Virus record (IMG/VR): IMGVR_UViG_3300001199_000001
Span: 214,860 to 278,859 of that record
DNA from: a virus
Lineage: Duplodnaviria; Heunggongvirae; Uroviricota; Caudoviricetes
Direction: 5' to 3' (one strand)
DNA length: 64,000 bases
Both the position numbers and the translations under genes were made by a program. Positions within the stretch are counted from its first letter, which is position 1; every line of letters begins with the position of its first letter. Below the pieces are notes generated by a model. That model was not told the origin of the DNA and ran no database searches. It saw nothing but the letters and a program-made list of their open reading frames with translations. Of the stretch, positions 26,162 to 36,537 are shown piece by piece.

Positions 26162-26982
26162 TTTCGTAATATCTCCCTATGCCGCGTCAGTGATACGCCA
26201 TGCGCCGCGTCTCCTCGCCAGTAGGGCGCGATCCAGCGTTGCTCCTCCTTAGGCTTGGCGTTCTTGCCCCAGATGTAGCCCGACACGAAGTGCAGCTTGC
26301 GCTTGGCGCCGGTCGCTTCATGGTCGCCGATGCTGTGGCGGGTCTCGCCGGGCAGTAGGATGCGTAGGATACGATGGTCGTACTCGCGCGTCTTGACCGG
26401 CTGTTTATTCTTCCACGGCTTGCCGGGAATGATCTCCACGTCGGCCTGCGCGGTCGCCAATGTGACGATGAATTGTCGGACGGAATGCAGCGGGCTATCG
26501 AAGGACTCAGCCCATGGCACCGGCTTGCGTCCCGGTGATAAGTCGATCACATGCGGTTCAGAGTGGAATGCATATTGGCGGTGACGGAGATTGAGCGGCA
26601 GCATTCCGGTCGGGTTGAGTTGTCGGTAGAGGCCTGCCTGAGGCTGCGGTTGCCCTTCAACTGAATAGACCAGTATCCTGTCGCCCTCCTCCTCGCAGTA
26701 CCAGAAGTGACGGCCCTCGGGAGCGCCGACAGAGCGCAATAACGCGATGACGCTTTGATCCCACGGGTCTTCTATCCAGACGCTGGGAAACGGCAGATGG
26801 AACAGCCCTGCGTCGATCATCTCCTCGGAGGTGAGGTGTATCTGCTTGACCGTTTCACGCTCCAGATCGCCTTCGGACTTGAAGATGAACTTCTCGGAAG
26901 CCTCGAAGCGCGGACGCATCTCAGGCCAAATCTTCTCAGTCTCCATGACATGGAGCATGTCGGGGAAGAGGAGATTGGTCAT
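26158..26982 (-). CDS. hypothetical phage protein
   Basis: 274 aa; basic C-terminus HFVSGY...WIAPYWRG. Confidence 0.7.
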   Translation of the reverse strand: MTNLLFPDMLHVMETEKIWPEMRPRFEASEKFIFKSEGDLERETVKQIHLTSEEMIDAGLFHLPFPSVWIEDPWDQSVIALLRSVGAPEGRHFWYCEEEGDRILVYSVEGQPQPQAGLYRQLNPTGMLPLNLRHRQYAFHSEPHVIDLSPGRKPVPWAESFDSPLHSVRQFIVTLATAQADVEIIPGKPWKNKQPVKTREYDHRILRILLPGETRHSIGDHEATGAKRKLHFVSGYIWGKNAKPKEEQRWIAPYWRGDAAHGVSLTRHREILRK

Positions 26983-27227
26983 GGCGCCTTATTCTTGATG
27001 AGACCCACGGCGACGCGGGCTGCCGCTGCCTTGGTCTTGAGGCCTTTGCGGGAGGTTGTCGAGCCCCGCGAAGTCGCCCAGAAGGTCCAGAAACCATCGT
27101 CCGTGCGCGTCATTCGGAACGAACTGCCGTCTGGAAAATCGCGACCGATCATACCGAATTCCTGATCGTAGATCGGAATCGACTTCGGGGTGTCCCATCT
27201 ACGGTGAAGGTTGAGATGTCGGATCAT
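26979..27227 (-). CDS. hypothetical protein
   Basis: GGAGG RBS. Confidence 0.5.
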   Translation of the reverse strand: MIRHLNLHRRWDTPKSIPIYDQEFGMIGRDFPDGSSFRMTRTDDGFWTFWATSRGSTTSRKGLKTKAAAARVAVGLIKNKAP

Positions 27228-27373
27228 CGACTTCCTCCGCGTGTTTGCGCACCGCCGCCCGTATCTTAGCCGCCCTTGCCCAGGCGTTCTGGCGCCGAGT
27301 GGTTCTATAGCTCCAGCCGCATGTACAGGTGACTCGATAGTCTATCGGCGAGGTGTAGGTTTCGACTAGGTGC

Positions 27374-28189
27374 TCAGGCATGTTTCATCACATAGGCGTT
27401 CACGTCGTCCATGATCCTCGCCACGTCGAGCGCATAGAGGCCCGCCGAGTTGAAGGTGTTGTATTCGATGACCTTGAACTCGTCTCCGACTTGCGCGATG
27501 TCGATGACATAGACCGGCGCCGGGGCGTAACGTTCATGCGCGGCGTAGATCAGCGCCTCGACTTCCGGCAGTATGTGACGCTGCGGCATAACCTTCTGAT
27601 ATTGCTTGTAAATACAGCAATCACTGATCTTGCCATCAACCACGACCGTGCGCCACTCGACGCCGATATCTTTCGGTTCCGATATGGCAACCTCAAAATC
27701 ATTATCAGTTAGATAGCCGATATCGATCATCCACTTGTACCAACGGTCAAAACCGTCGGCGCTGATGACCGCGCCTGCAAATTCCTTGGTGTCAGAATCC
27801 GGTTTGATGAAGATATCTTGCCTGCCCTCGGGATGGGCCAGGACCGTAGCCGCGAGAAAACGCTCGACCATGCTCATCTTCAGAAAGACTGCATCGCTGT
27901 TCAGGTATAGGTCTTTCAGAGAGTTGCAGACCATCCCTTCGCTGTGGATATCAGCGCCGCCGAACACGCCCGGCCTCCAGCCATGCGTCTTGGCCAGTTT
28001 CTGGATACCGATGGAGCCATAGACGACGCACGGGCCGTCGATCTGCGGAACAGGTCCATCAATTTCATGTGCAAACGGGATGACCCGGACGACATGATAG
28101 GGGATGCCTCTGGCCTCGGCATGCGCGACCATCCGGTCGAAGCAGGCTTCGTCAAAGACGTTGCTTTCGAGGACCCAGGTGACGGTCAT
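27374..28189 (-). CDS. ATP-grasp protein, R2K clade-like
   Basis: IFIKP, EWRTVVVDG, YVIDI, KVIEYNTFNSAGLY. Confidence 0.7.
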   Translation of the reverse strand: MTVTWVLESNVFDEACFDRMVAHAEARGIPYHVVRVIPFAHEIDGPVPQIDGPCVVYGSIGIQKLAKTHGWRPGVFGGADIHSEGMVCNSLKDLYLNSDAVFLKMSMVERFLAATVLAHPEGRQDIFIKPDSDTKEFAGAVISADGFDRWYKWMIDIGYLTDNDFEVAISEPKDIGVEWRTVVVDGKISDCCIYKQYQKVMPQRHILPEVEALIYAAHERYAPAPVYVIDIAQVGDEFKVIEYNTFNSAGLYALDVARIMDDVNAYVMKHA

Positions 28190-28554
28190 GTCTTCTCTTT
28201 CAACCGTTCCCAATAAGCAGGCATGCCGTATTTCGGTCTACCGTCGCCGTCTTTAAGCTGCGCAACGCTGCGGCCGAAATCCCGCGCGCAAGCATCCTTG
28301 CAGAAGTCGTTTGCTATGTAGGACTCACCATCCCAGACATAGGCGCTCGTCACATAGCGTTTCTCGCCCTCGCCCCAGTATCGCACCGAAATGACCTGTC
28401 CATTGACCAAGCGCTGGACTTCCGCCCTGTTGCGGGGGACCTCGACGTGGTTAGTACTGTAATCGTCAACGGCTCGGCGGCTCTGGTCAAAGATATGCCA
28501 AGCCGTCCGCTTCGGAATGTCCTTACCGCAGTTGCGGCAGATCGGGGCTGGCAT
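28186..28554 (-). CDS. zinc-binding hypothetical protein
   Basis: CRNC...FCKDAC. Confidence 0.55.
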   Translation of the reverse strand: MPAPICRNCGKDIPKRTAWHIFDQSRRAVDDYSTNHVEVPRNRAEVQRLVNGQVISVRYWGEGEKRYVTSAYVWDGESYIANDFCKDACARDFGRSVAQLKDGDGRPKYGMPAYWERLKEKT

Positions 28555-28720
28555 CAGCTTTTCACCTCAAGGCAAACATCCTCACCGAACGTCTCGGCGC
28601 AAGCAGCTATGCAGGCCTTGCGTGTCGCATAGCCGCCAATCGTCTGTCGCCCGCATACGCCTTGCTCTTGGGCGTACCACAGTTCGTCATCCTCCGATTG
28701 CCAGATGATCGCCGATGCGC

Positions 28721-29110
28721 TCACTGTTCCAGTCCATAATAAATGGTCGGTTCTTTAGTCTCTTCGTACCGCGAATATCCGATCATAGTCTCTTCGCTGG
28801 CCTCAAGGTGTGGCCTGATCCAATCGATGAAAAGTTCGATCTCATCGTCATAGTTCTTTATATCAGCGCGGGAAATTAACACCCAGTACTCGCCGATATC
28901 ATCGTATTCAAAAAGGACCGTCGAGCGCGGTACGAAGTAGTAGCTGGCGGACGAGAACAACCACTTCCAACGCGGTGTGTTGAACAGCGGATGATCCGGC
29001 AATGGCGGCTGTGTCTCAAGCTGCCCCGCCATGAACTTCAGGACGTTGATGACCTCCGGGTTGTCGTTCTTGACCCGCGCCGACATCATCAACTCTGTGT
29101 ACATGCCCAT
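28721..29110 (-). CDS. hypothetical phage protein (MGMYTEL-)
   Basis: IKNYDDEIELFIDWI motif. Confidence 0.65.
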   Translation of the reverse strand: MGMYTELMMSARVKNDNPEVINVLKFMAGQLETQPPLPDHPLFNTPRWKWLFSSASYYFVPRSTVLFEYDDIGEYWVLISRADIKNYDDEIELFIDWIRPHLEASEETMIGYSRYEETKEPTIYYGLEQ

Positions 29111-29122
29111 GGTGTGGCTTTC

Positions 29123-29821
29123 CTAGAAGAAGTCGGTCTTGGCGCCGTCGCCGTAATTGCGGATTTCATCAGGCCATTTGACCACGACGTTCGGCCAGAT
29201 GGCGGTGACTTCGCCCTCGACCCTGACGTTGTTCGGATGCTGTCCGACCCAGCGTGACACCTTCTCACCTTCCCTGGCGAGCCTGCGCCAACCGCCGCCG
29301 ATGTACCGGCCGCCGGTTTCGTGTTCGATCACACGGGCGACATCGTCGGTGATGTCGGTGAAGAGATCAGCCGCGCTGATGCCGCGTTCTTTCAGATATT
29401 CTCTGTCAAGGTCTTGGGCCTCCGTGCAGCGGCTGTAAATCTCGCTGAAGGCCAGATCGCCGGGCTTGCGCTTGCTTTCCGGCAGGTCGCCATCCTCGGC
29501 GTAATCACCGACGAGAACGACACGATCCCCGACCCAGCGGCCGATGGTGCGGCGTGCGACTTCGTTGTAGTCTTCGACCACCGGGGCGCCCTCCATGCGG
29601 TGGCTGTCGACGGTTAGATCACGCTCGGGGCCGTAGTAGTTGGAATCGAGATCAAAATCACCACCGCCGCGTCGCTCTGGCATCGCCGCCAAAAGGATGA
29701 TCAGGGCCGAGCCGACGCCCTCGCCGTGGACCTGCTCGCCGAGCTTGAGGCCGCAGCCCAGCTTGTGCGGCATGATGAATTCACGTTTGTCGAGATTGAC
29801 CGTCTTCCAGTACTGGCCCAT
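29123..29821 (-). CDS. hypothetical phage protein (MGQYW-)
   Basis: GGAG RBS; promoter at ~29880; GRWVGDRVVLVGDY. Confidence 0.7.
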   Translation of the reverse strand: MGQYWKTVNLDKREFIMPHKLGCGLKLGEQVHGEGVGSALIILLAAMPERRGGGDFDLDSNYYGPERDLTVDSHRMEGAPVVEDYNEVARRTIGRWVGDRVVLVGDYAEDGDLPESKRKPGDLAFSEIYSRCTEAQDLDREYLKERGISAADLFTDITDDVARVIEHETGGRYIGGGWRRLAREGEKVSRWVGQHPNNVRVEGEVTAIWPNVVVKWPDEIRNYGDGAKTDFF

Positions 29822-29896
29822 GTGGGTAGCTCTCCGTGAGAAATGATGTTGAGAGAAGATTATCCGGAATGGCGGTCTTTGTCAACAGCTTTTATT

Positions 29897-30178
29897 TTAT
29901 TCGTCGAACGGAATGGAGCGGACGACGATGTCACCATCCGTCGTGTGCTTCGTCTCGAAATCCTGATCGTCAAGATCATCGATGATGTCGTAGACATCTG
30001 CGAGGGCTCGTATGCCTGAATACCTTACAAACGCTTTATAAATGGTAGTAGGCCGGACCCACGCTCCACGCCTTCCCCTGAGGTAGTTCTCAACCGCCAT
30101 GCCAGCGGAGACTTTTTCAGACAGCCGCCGTAAATCTGAAAGCGAAGTGACACTACGGGTAGGACGGACTTGCGGCAT
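29897..30178 (-). CDS. hypothetical protein
   Basis: AGGTG RBS; co-oriented. Confidence 0.5.
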   Translation of the reverse strand: MPQVRPTRSVTSLSDLRRLSEKVSAGMAVENYLRGRRGAWVRPTTIYKAFVRYSGIRALADVYDIIDDLDDQDFETKHTTDGDIVVRSIPFDE

Positions 30179-30181
30179 GGT

Positions 30182-32110
30182 TCACCTTTCTTTGCTTAAG
30201 TTTGCGTAATAATCCTCAGCCGCCAGCATCAGCGGCGCCCATTGCAGATATTCCTGCCGCGTCCTCGGGTCGCGGAAAAACTGTTTGTAATCACCGGGCT
30301 TATAGGCCGAGACGTTGAATAGGCGCTCTACCGGAACCGCGATGCTTCTGGGCTTTGTCGGACTGTTGGAATTCCATGACTCAGTTTTCATGGTCCAGTG
30401 GAACACGGCCTTGCGGGCGCGCGGTTGCCACACCTTAATGGTCTCGATAAGGCCGGGGCCGGGGTTGCCGTACGGCTCCCAGTACTCGCCGAAGTCGCGG
30501 TGTCTATCGCCATAGCGATAGTCTTTTGCCACTCGCTCGTTCTCTCTTCGGGCACATTCCTCGCCCCAGTACCGGCGCTGACCTGTGACCACCGAGCCTT
30601 CGCCTAAGGTGGCGTTGAGCCGGTCACGATAAGCCTGGAAGTCCGGCTTTTCACCGTCATACAAGGCAGAGCCGCTGCCGTCATAGACAAGCTCAACAGC
30701 CCGCTCGAAACCGTGCTGCGTCCACATCTGGACGGGCGGGTGCGGGTGCAGGACCGGCGAGCGGTCGAACAGGCCTTGAATAATCAGACCGACGCGATTG
30801 TAGGCCTTGATCTGTTTGGCGACTTCAGCGCTGGCGTCATCGAAGTAGACGCTCGATGGGTCGAACGGCTCATACTTGTCATGGTCGAAGCTCGGGACAT
30901 ATGGCGCGTGCATCCAGTGCTTGTCTGGATTTTCCGCCGTCCAGGCTTCCGCTTTAGCCTTCGCCGTCTCGTACTCTTCCTTCAGGCTCTCGTATTCGCG
31001 ACGCGGGATGAGTTTATCAATCCGCGAGCCGAACAGTTTGATGACCAGTTCGCTGCTGAGGTCAGCGGCGCCTGCGTCCGGAAACAGTTTCGATCCGAAG
31101 TCGAAATCGGTATCGATCCGCCAAACCTGATCACCATTGCGGATATAGATGAAGGTCAGTTCGTCAGCCTTGGCCAATTCGAAATTGATAAAGGCGTCGA
31201 TAATACGCGCTACGGACCTTTCCTTCTCCTTTCGACGGACCCGGAAGGCAGTGACGGTGCGGGGGAAGGGGAGTAGCCGGTCACGGTTCTCCGGCTTGGC
31301 GAGCCAAGCGTCGAACTGGCTGATCTGCTTGAATTCCATGCCGCCCGCCGAATAGTTCAGCAAGCATTCTTCGTCCATATAGAGACGGCGTTGCATGATG
31401 TGCAGCTTGTCGCCCATGCCCGCAGGTTCGCCATCCGCGCATTGCACGGCGTCTTCCGTCAGACCAGCGTAGAGGCTGACGTTGAAGATGGAATCGTTGA
31501 TGCGCTCCAGGGCGCCTTTCATTGGACCGATCTTGGCCTGGAGGGGCAGAGCCCCAGCCGACATCCATTTGGCGAGATTGTTGTTGGCGTTCTCGACCTG
31601 TTTAAAGAGGTCGGGCAGGGTGGTTTCCTTGGCCTTTATAAGCTCTTGCTTATAGACATTGACATCGATCTGCGATGATAGGACCGCAAGCGCGCCTTGC
31701 CCGCCCGTGGCCATCGACTGGTCGGTTACGGCGGTTGTCGGTGCGACACCCAGCCGCGCGGTCAGGGCTTGGATTTCGCCTAGAAGCTGCTGAGTCTTCT
31801 TCTGATAAGTCTCGACGTTGTTGCGAATAATCTGCTCAGCATTAGGTTCGCGCCGCAGCGTGTCCCAGAACTCGTTGAAGTGAACCCGCTTCTGCGAACT
31901 GCCATAGCCGGGCTTTTGCGGGTGGGCCAACTCGACATAGTTCGAGCCGATGACCATGACGCAGCCCAGCCATTCGTAGACATCGCCCTTTTTCATCCCG
32001 TCGCGGTCGTAGGCGCAGGTTTCCTTGACCCAGTACCATTGCCCGATCTCAAGATCGGACTCGCTGGCCTGCACCGAGACCGGATCGTTCGGATTGATGA
32101 TGTCGTTCAT
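30182..32110 (-). CDS. large hypothetical protein with coiled coil (leaderless)
   Basis: 642 aa; ATG 7 nt after TTGACA-16-TATAAT. Confidence 0.8.
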   Translation of the reverse strand: MNDIINPNDPVSVQASESDLEIGQWYWVKETCAYDRDGMKKGDVYEWLGCVMVIGSNYVELAHPQKPGYGSSQKRVHFNEFWDTLRREPNAEQIIRNNVETYQKKTQQLLGEIQALTARLGVAPTTAVTDQSMATGGQGALAVLSSQIDVNVYKQELIKAKETTLPDLFKQVENANNNLAKWMSAGALPLQAKIGPMKGALERINDSIFNVSLYAGLTEDAVQCADGEPAGMGDKLHIMQRRLYMDEECLLNYSAGGMEFKQISQFDAWLAKPENRDRLLPFPRTVTAFRVRRKEKERSVARIIDAFINFELAKADELTFIYIRNGDQVWRIDTDFDFGSKLFPDAGAADLSSELVIKLFGSRIDKLIPRREYESLKEEYETAKAKAEAWTAENPDKHWMHAPYVPSFDHDKYEPFDPSSVYFDDASAEVAKQIKAYNRVGLIIQGLFDRSPVLHPHPPVQMWTQHGFERAVELVYDGSGSALYDGEKPDFQAYRDRLNATLGEGSVVTGQRRYWGEECARRENERVAKDYRYGDRHRDFGEYWEPYGNPGPGLIETIKVWQPRARKAVFHWTMKTESWNSNSPTKPRSIAVPVERLFNVSAYKPGDYKQFFRDPRTRQEYLQWAPLMLAAEDYYANLSKER

Positions 32111-32157
32111 GGTGAGGATTATAGAGGGCTGGTGGGTTATGTCAACAGGTTAAAACT

Positions 32158-32508
32158 TCAGGCATGGTTCAAGGTACCCAAAAGAGCATCCATCAGAGCG
32201 TTCGCGCTCTCCGGTGAATTCGCATCAAAGATCACTTCGCTGCCGGTCTTCGACAGCGTGCCGTCGAGCAAGAGGTCGCGGATCGCCTCGGCGTTACGAG
32301 CGATAGCTATCAGTCGGGGTAAGGCGGTAACAGCGGCGGCGGTAAGCGCGATCTCATGCATCTCGCCTTTCAGCGGGAACATGCCCTCTTGCCGCCCGTC
32401 CTCGATCAACGACAGCCCGTTGCTCAGGACGTGCCGACTGACGAACCAAGGGGGCGGCGCGGCCTTGGCGAGCAAGGTTTCGAGTGTATCGAGTTCCGTA
32501 TTATTCAT
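32158..32508 (-). CDS. Ead/Ea22-like phage protein
   Basis: LLAKAAPPPW...IALTAAAVTALPRLIA pattern. Confidence 0.5.
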   Translation of the reverse strand: MNNTELDTLETLLAKAAPPPWFVSRHVLSNGLSLIEDGRQEGMFPLKGEMHEIALTAAAVTALPRLIAIARNAEAIRDLLLDGTLSKTGSEVIFDANSPESANALMDALLGTLNHA

Positions 32509-32541
32509 TGGACATCGAACGTTGATCGTATTCAGGATCGG

Positions 32542-32823
32542 TCAATATCTCTCACCTTTCAAGAGATGGCCCTCCAGTTGGAGCACACCTAGTGCGTGCT
32601 CAAGACGGCAATAGGCTTCGTAACGCTCCGGCGGCAAATCATCCAGCGTTTCACCCATCAGGAAATCCGGGGCGGCCTCTTGGACCCGCTGATGCAGGTC
32701 CGCGTACTGGCGCGTGCAGGGCGTGAAACCCAGCATGTTCGGCCATTCGATGGAGTCGTCGTGCACCAGTCCGACGGGCTGACGTTGCGCTTCAATCGCC
32801 TGATGGGCTTCGAGTTCGTTCAT
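32542..32823 (-). CDS. hypothetical protein
   Basis: AAGGAG RBS; promoter at ~32879. Confidence 0.6.
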   Translation of the reverse strand: MNELEAHQAIEAQRQPVGLVHDDSIEWPNMLGFTPCTRQYADLHQRVQEAAPDFLMGETLDDLPPERYEAYCRLEHALGVLQLEGHLLKGERY

Positions 32824-32858
32824 CTGACTCTCCTTGACCTTGACCTAATACCCACATA

Positions 32859-33440
32859 TTAGAGCACGGCTTCGGTCATGTCAACAGCTTTAATCCTTAG
32901 GTCTCGATTGAGGGCAGCGCGCTTCCGGCTGGCTTCACGACGCAAGGCGTCACGGGCCGCCCGACGACGCGAATCCTCCGCCAGGGTGCGGCTGATAACG
33001 TCCTCTCGATTGAGGGCATATTCGATGGCGGTGGCTTTGCCCCCCAGCCGAGCCGCCGTGTCTTTTCTGCTGAGACCTTCGTCGAAGAACAGCCGCCAAA
33101 CATCCGGTGAATAGACGGAGCCTTTCCGGCGAAGCTCAACCCCGTTTTCACGGCAAATTTGAGTGACTTTATAAGGGTAGGTATCGACAAGAACGGCGAT
33201 CTCGTTGCGGTCCTTGCCTTCCTTGGCGAGAGCGACGACCTCACGTTGCAAGCGTTTCCAGGCCCCCGACGTGCGGTATTTACGTTCCGTTACCGGCCTC
33301 AGGTTGTTGATAGCGAGATGCACGGCGCTGACCGTTACGCCAAGTTCCTTGGCGATGGCGGTGTAGGTTATTTTCTCGGTTTCAAACCGGCGTAAGGCTG
33401 CTTCGTGATCGAATTTACGGCAGTGGAGGCGCTTAGTCAT
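32859..33440 (-). CDS. multi-HTH protein
   Basis: TYTAIAKELGVTVSAV, DRNEIAVLV, SRKDTAARLG. Confidence 0.6.
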   Translation of the reverse strand: MTKRLHCRKFDHEAALRRFETEKITYTAIAKELGVTVSAVHLAINNLRPVTERKYRTSGAWKRLQREVVALAKEGKDRNEIAVLVDTYPYKVTQICRENGVELRRKGSVYSPDVWRLFFDEGLSRKDTAARLGGKATAIEYALNREDVISRTLAEDSRRRAARDALRREASRKRAALNRDLRIKAVDMTEAVL

Positions 33441-33666
33441 TTTTACTCATTCGTTGGTTAAAAGTTGCACGACTGATCATCTCTCCTCGGACGATCCACA
33501 GCATTTGAGCCCAGTTATCGTCGGCCCACGCCTGAGCTTGTTCGGGTGTGTCGCCGCATAAAAGTCCAGCTTGCACCGCCTTTTCGACACAACGTTTTTT
33601 CATCGCAGGTGATGTCGGTTCTTGCGATAAACCACGCCTTAGGAGTTCAGCTTCCCACGCGGACAT
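33433..33666 (-). CDS. hypothetical protein
   Basis: Co-oriented ORF. Confidence 0.5.
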   Translation of the reverse strand: MSAWEAELLRRGLSQEPTSPAMKKRCVEKAVQAGLLCGDTPEQAQAWADDNWAQMLWIVRGEMISRATFNQRMSKND

Positions 33667-33668
33667 CT

Positions 33669-33908
33669 CTAAGCCTGCACCGGCACTTCACTGCTGGCCC
33701 ACATTTCCTCACGGCGGCGACACATGTCGGCAAGATCGAGCATGTGGTCGACGACAGTCGGGAAGAGGTCGTAGAGCATGGAGAGTTCTTTTTCGGTCTC
33801 CTTGGCGCCGCCGCTCTTGATCAATTCAGCCAGACGTACAGCCTCGCTAAGTTCGCCCTTGGCGATATCGTCATAGATGCTTTGGAGGTTCGGGCTAAGG
33901 TCGGTCAT
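33669..33908 (-). CDS. hypothetical protein
   Basis: GAGGAG RBS. Confidence 0.55.
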   Translation of the reverse strand: MTDLSPNLQSIYDDIAKGELSEAVRLAELIKSGGAKETEKELSMLYDLFPTVVDHMLDLADMCRRREEMWASSEVPVQA

Positions 33909-34228
33909 GATTCTTCTCCTCTAGCGTGTACACGGTGACCTCTCCGACGCCCTCACAGGCCGGACAGTAGGTATCTTGGTAGTCAGGCGCACAGAGCAGA
34001 CAAGGAGCCGTCAGGACGCGGCCCTGAGGACCGACGGTCTCGGCGTCCTCATATACCCCGTTGAAGGCGCTCATCGCTCTTCAAGGTCCCGGCACTCGCG
34101 CGGCGCCCCGACCGATCCGACGACCATCAAGCAATTCTGGCAGATATAGCCGTACCCGGCGTCATAGTTGAAGAACGCCGTAGCGCCGCATGGCGTGGTG
34201 ACTGGTGGGAAGCGCTCGCCCTCTTCCA

Positions 34229-34468
34229 TCATGTCTCAAGCGGCCCCCGCTCCGCACAGGCCGCCGTATAAGTCTCGGCGATCCATTCGGCGGTGATGCG
34301 CGCTTCTTCATCACCGCCAAGGCGTCCCGTGTGTAGTGTCAGCACGGCGTCATGGACGGTATCAAGATTGCCCTCCATGCCAACATGCCATTGCCCGTTG
34401 ATCTTGCGCGCGACCCAGCCGCCGCGATGCGAGGAAGGGTCGGGGAGTAAGTTTCTGGTTTCCATCAT
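34229..34468 (-). CDS. hypothetical protein
   Basis: GGAGG RBS. Confidence 0.5.
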   Translation of the reverse strand: MMETRNLLPDPSSHRGGWVARKINGQWHVGMEGNLDTVHDAVLTLHTGRLGGDEEARITAEWIAETYTAACAERGPLET

Positions 34469-34685
34469 ATCGCCTCCAAAGACTCGACAGGAATTGTAAA
34501 GAAGGGGTAGCCGCCTTCGGGGTCCTTGGTCACGCTGATGTGCTCAATTCCCGTAAAGCGGGTGTCATCGTTCGCGCAGCCGTAGTCATAACCGGAGCAG
34601 CGGTAGACGATATCGCCGGACTTGGCGCTGAACTCCGTCCCGCCCCGCGAGATGCCCTTTATGACACGATAGGATTCTGGTTTCA

Positions 34686-35213
34686 TCAGTGGAAACACAC
34701 TGCGCCATCGTCGGCTGCGGTCTCGAAAGCCGTCTTCCACTCAAGATAGCGTTCGAAGTAGCTAGCACCCGACGCGCCGTCGCTACGGGCTTCCTGTGCT
34801 TGCGGTAAGAAGTCTTTGAAGTCCTGCGCGAGCTTGGCGCAGACTTCGGTTCCCAACGTACCTTCGCAGTCCGAGAAGTTCAGCAGTTCCCAGAATGGTC
34901 CGCCAGCCACCGAGATTGCCCCGGCCCAGTAATCGAAACCGCCGTAGCCGCCCTTCTTCGGCGTGTATCGCGCGAGGGCCGCGAGCCATTCACGAAAGTT
35001 GCTGTAGCCGCTGTAAGAACCCGCACGGAACCCGCCGGTCTCCCCTTCGACGCGATAGAACGCCTTGTGTTCTAGTGGACTTTCACGACCGGGAAAAGCT
35101 GGATTGGCGTAAATCTCGACGTAATCGTCATAGTCGATGAGTTCGCCGTCTTCATCGACCTCGGCGTCGGGGGCGTGGACGAGCTTGCTGTAATAAGAGA
35201 TGTCGAGACCCAT
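34686..35213 (-). CDS. hypothetical phage protein (MGLD-)
   Basis: GSYSGY...LLNFSDCEG...CFH; GAGG RBS. Confidence 0.7.
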   Translation of the reverse strand: MGLDISYYSKLVHAPDAEVDEDGELIDYDDYVEIYANPAFPGRESPLEHKAFYRVEGETGGFRAGSYSGYSNFREWLAALARYTPKKGGYGGFDYWAGAISVAGGPFWELLNFSDCEGTLGTEVCAKLAQDFKDFLPQAQEARSDGASGASYFERYLEWKTAFETAADDGAVCFH

Positions 35214-35917
35214 TTAGTCCTCTGAATTTGCGTCGAGCGCGATGAAGAGCATAGCCATATGCGCCGCCGCATAAGGCCCGTGATAAAGTTCGGTCCAGTG
35301 GTGCACGAACTGGGTGATACGAACGTATCCCAGCCGCACCTTATCGATGTGAGACTCAGCGCCAATCATCGGAATTACGCATACGGTGGTCGAGCGCGGC
35401 TTGAGTGTATTTGCTCAGCGTTTCGCGCGAGACAAAACCGGCGCGTTTGCCGCAGGTGATGCACTCACCCCAGCAGCCGGTATCGTCCGATGCGAACTTG
35501 TATCCGCAGAGACTGAAGAAGCAGAGCGGCAGGCGCCAGAGGGGATGTTTCATGTGATAACGAATCCCTCGCCCCGTTCAGTCAGGAGCTTTTTACGGAT
35601 ATCATCGGGAATTCCAGGGAGGCTGCGGATATAAGCCAACCCTTCCCGTCTGGTCATGCGATCCTTTTTGATTCCTTCTTCAGCACCGGGCATAGACCAT
35701 GAGAAGGTCCCGTCTTTGTGACGGTACAGCATGCTATAAATCCTCCTTAGGAGGCGAGCCCGGCTGCCACACAGCGCCGTGGAGCCCCGTGGGGCGGCGG
35801 ATGCGGTGACGGCTGGCCCAGGGGCTGCCCGGCGCGGCGTTAAGATCGATCTGGGTCTCGTACGTTATATCGCCAAGCATCGCCGCCTCGATCCAATACG
35901 GTCGGATTTCCTCGTTA

Positions 35918-36418
35918 TCAACCACTGACGACAATGATCCCGCTGCGGTCGCCGAACGTTACGTTCTGCCGCGCCGACATGTCAGGGTAGTCGTAAGCGA
36001 CGCCGGTTACAGCAGCATTCTTGGCGTGACCGAATTCCTCATCCGCCACCCAGTCCGGATCGGGGTTGAGAATTTTTACGGAGCGAACATAGAAGTAGGG
36101 CACTTGATCGATGAGGAAATCACCTTTGAAATCCGTGTAGTCAGATTCCCGGTGGACCACGCCGACGCCGGGGACGAAGACATACGCATAATCAGTCGTG
36201 TCGCTGTCGTTCCACGGCCAGGGCCATCCCTTATGGGGACGCGTGGCGTCGTCGCGGTAGCTTAGGAACGTCTCCAGCGCAGCCTTGAAGTCAGCTTCAC
36301 TTTCGGCGGCGAGAACAGCCTCATCGATCCCGCCAGGATAGCCATCCCATGCGGTCGAGCCTAGCCAATCCAGGGACCCGTCCGCCAGTTGGACGTAATA
36401 GTCGGCGCGGGTTCCCAT
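35918..36418 (-). CDS. hypothetical phage protein (MGTR-)
   Basis: WDGYP motif; GGAG RBS; first gene of the leftward arm. Confidence 0.7.
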   Translation of the reverse strand: MGTRADYYVQLADGSLDWLGSTAWDGYPGGIDEAVLAAESEADFKAALETFLSYRDDATRPHKGWPWPWNDSDTTDYAYVFVPGVGVVHRESDYTDFKGDFLIDQVPYFYVRSVKILNPDPDWVADEEFGHAKNAAVTGVAYDYPDMSARQNVTFGDRSGIIVVSG

Positions 36419-36537
36419 GGGCTCTCCGTTTTCAGCGATGACACGACCCTAGTCGATCTCGCCGGGGTAGTCAATATGTGTTGCCAACGGAAATTTAAAA
36501 TGCTAATGTTGACACATCGTCCCACAACCGAGGTCCC
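36419..36537. promoter_or_regulatory. divergent promoter region (strand switch)
   Basis: Leftward TTGACT-17-TAGGGT and rightward TTGCCA/TTGACA elements between the two oppositely oriented gene arms. Confidence 0.6.
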
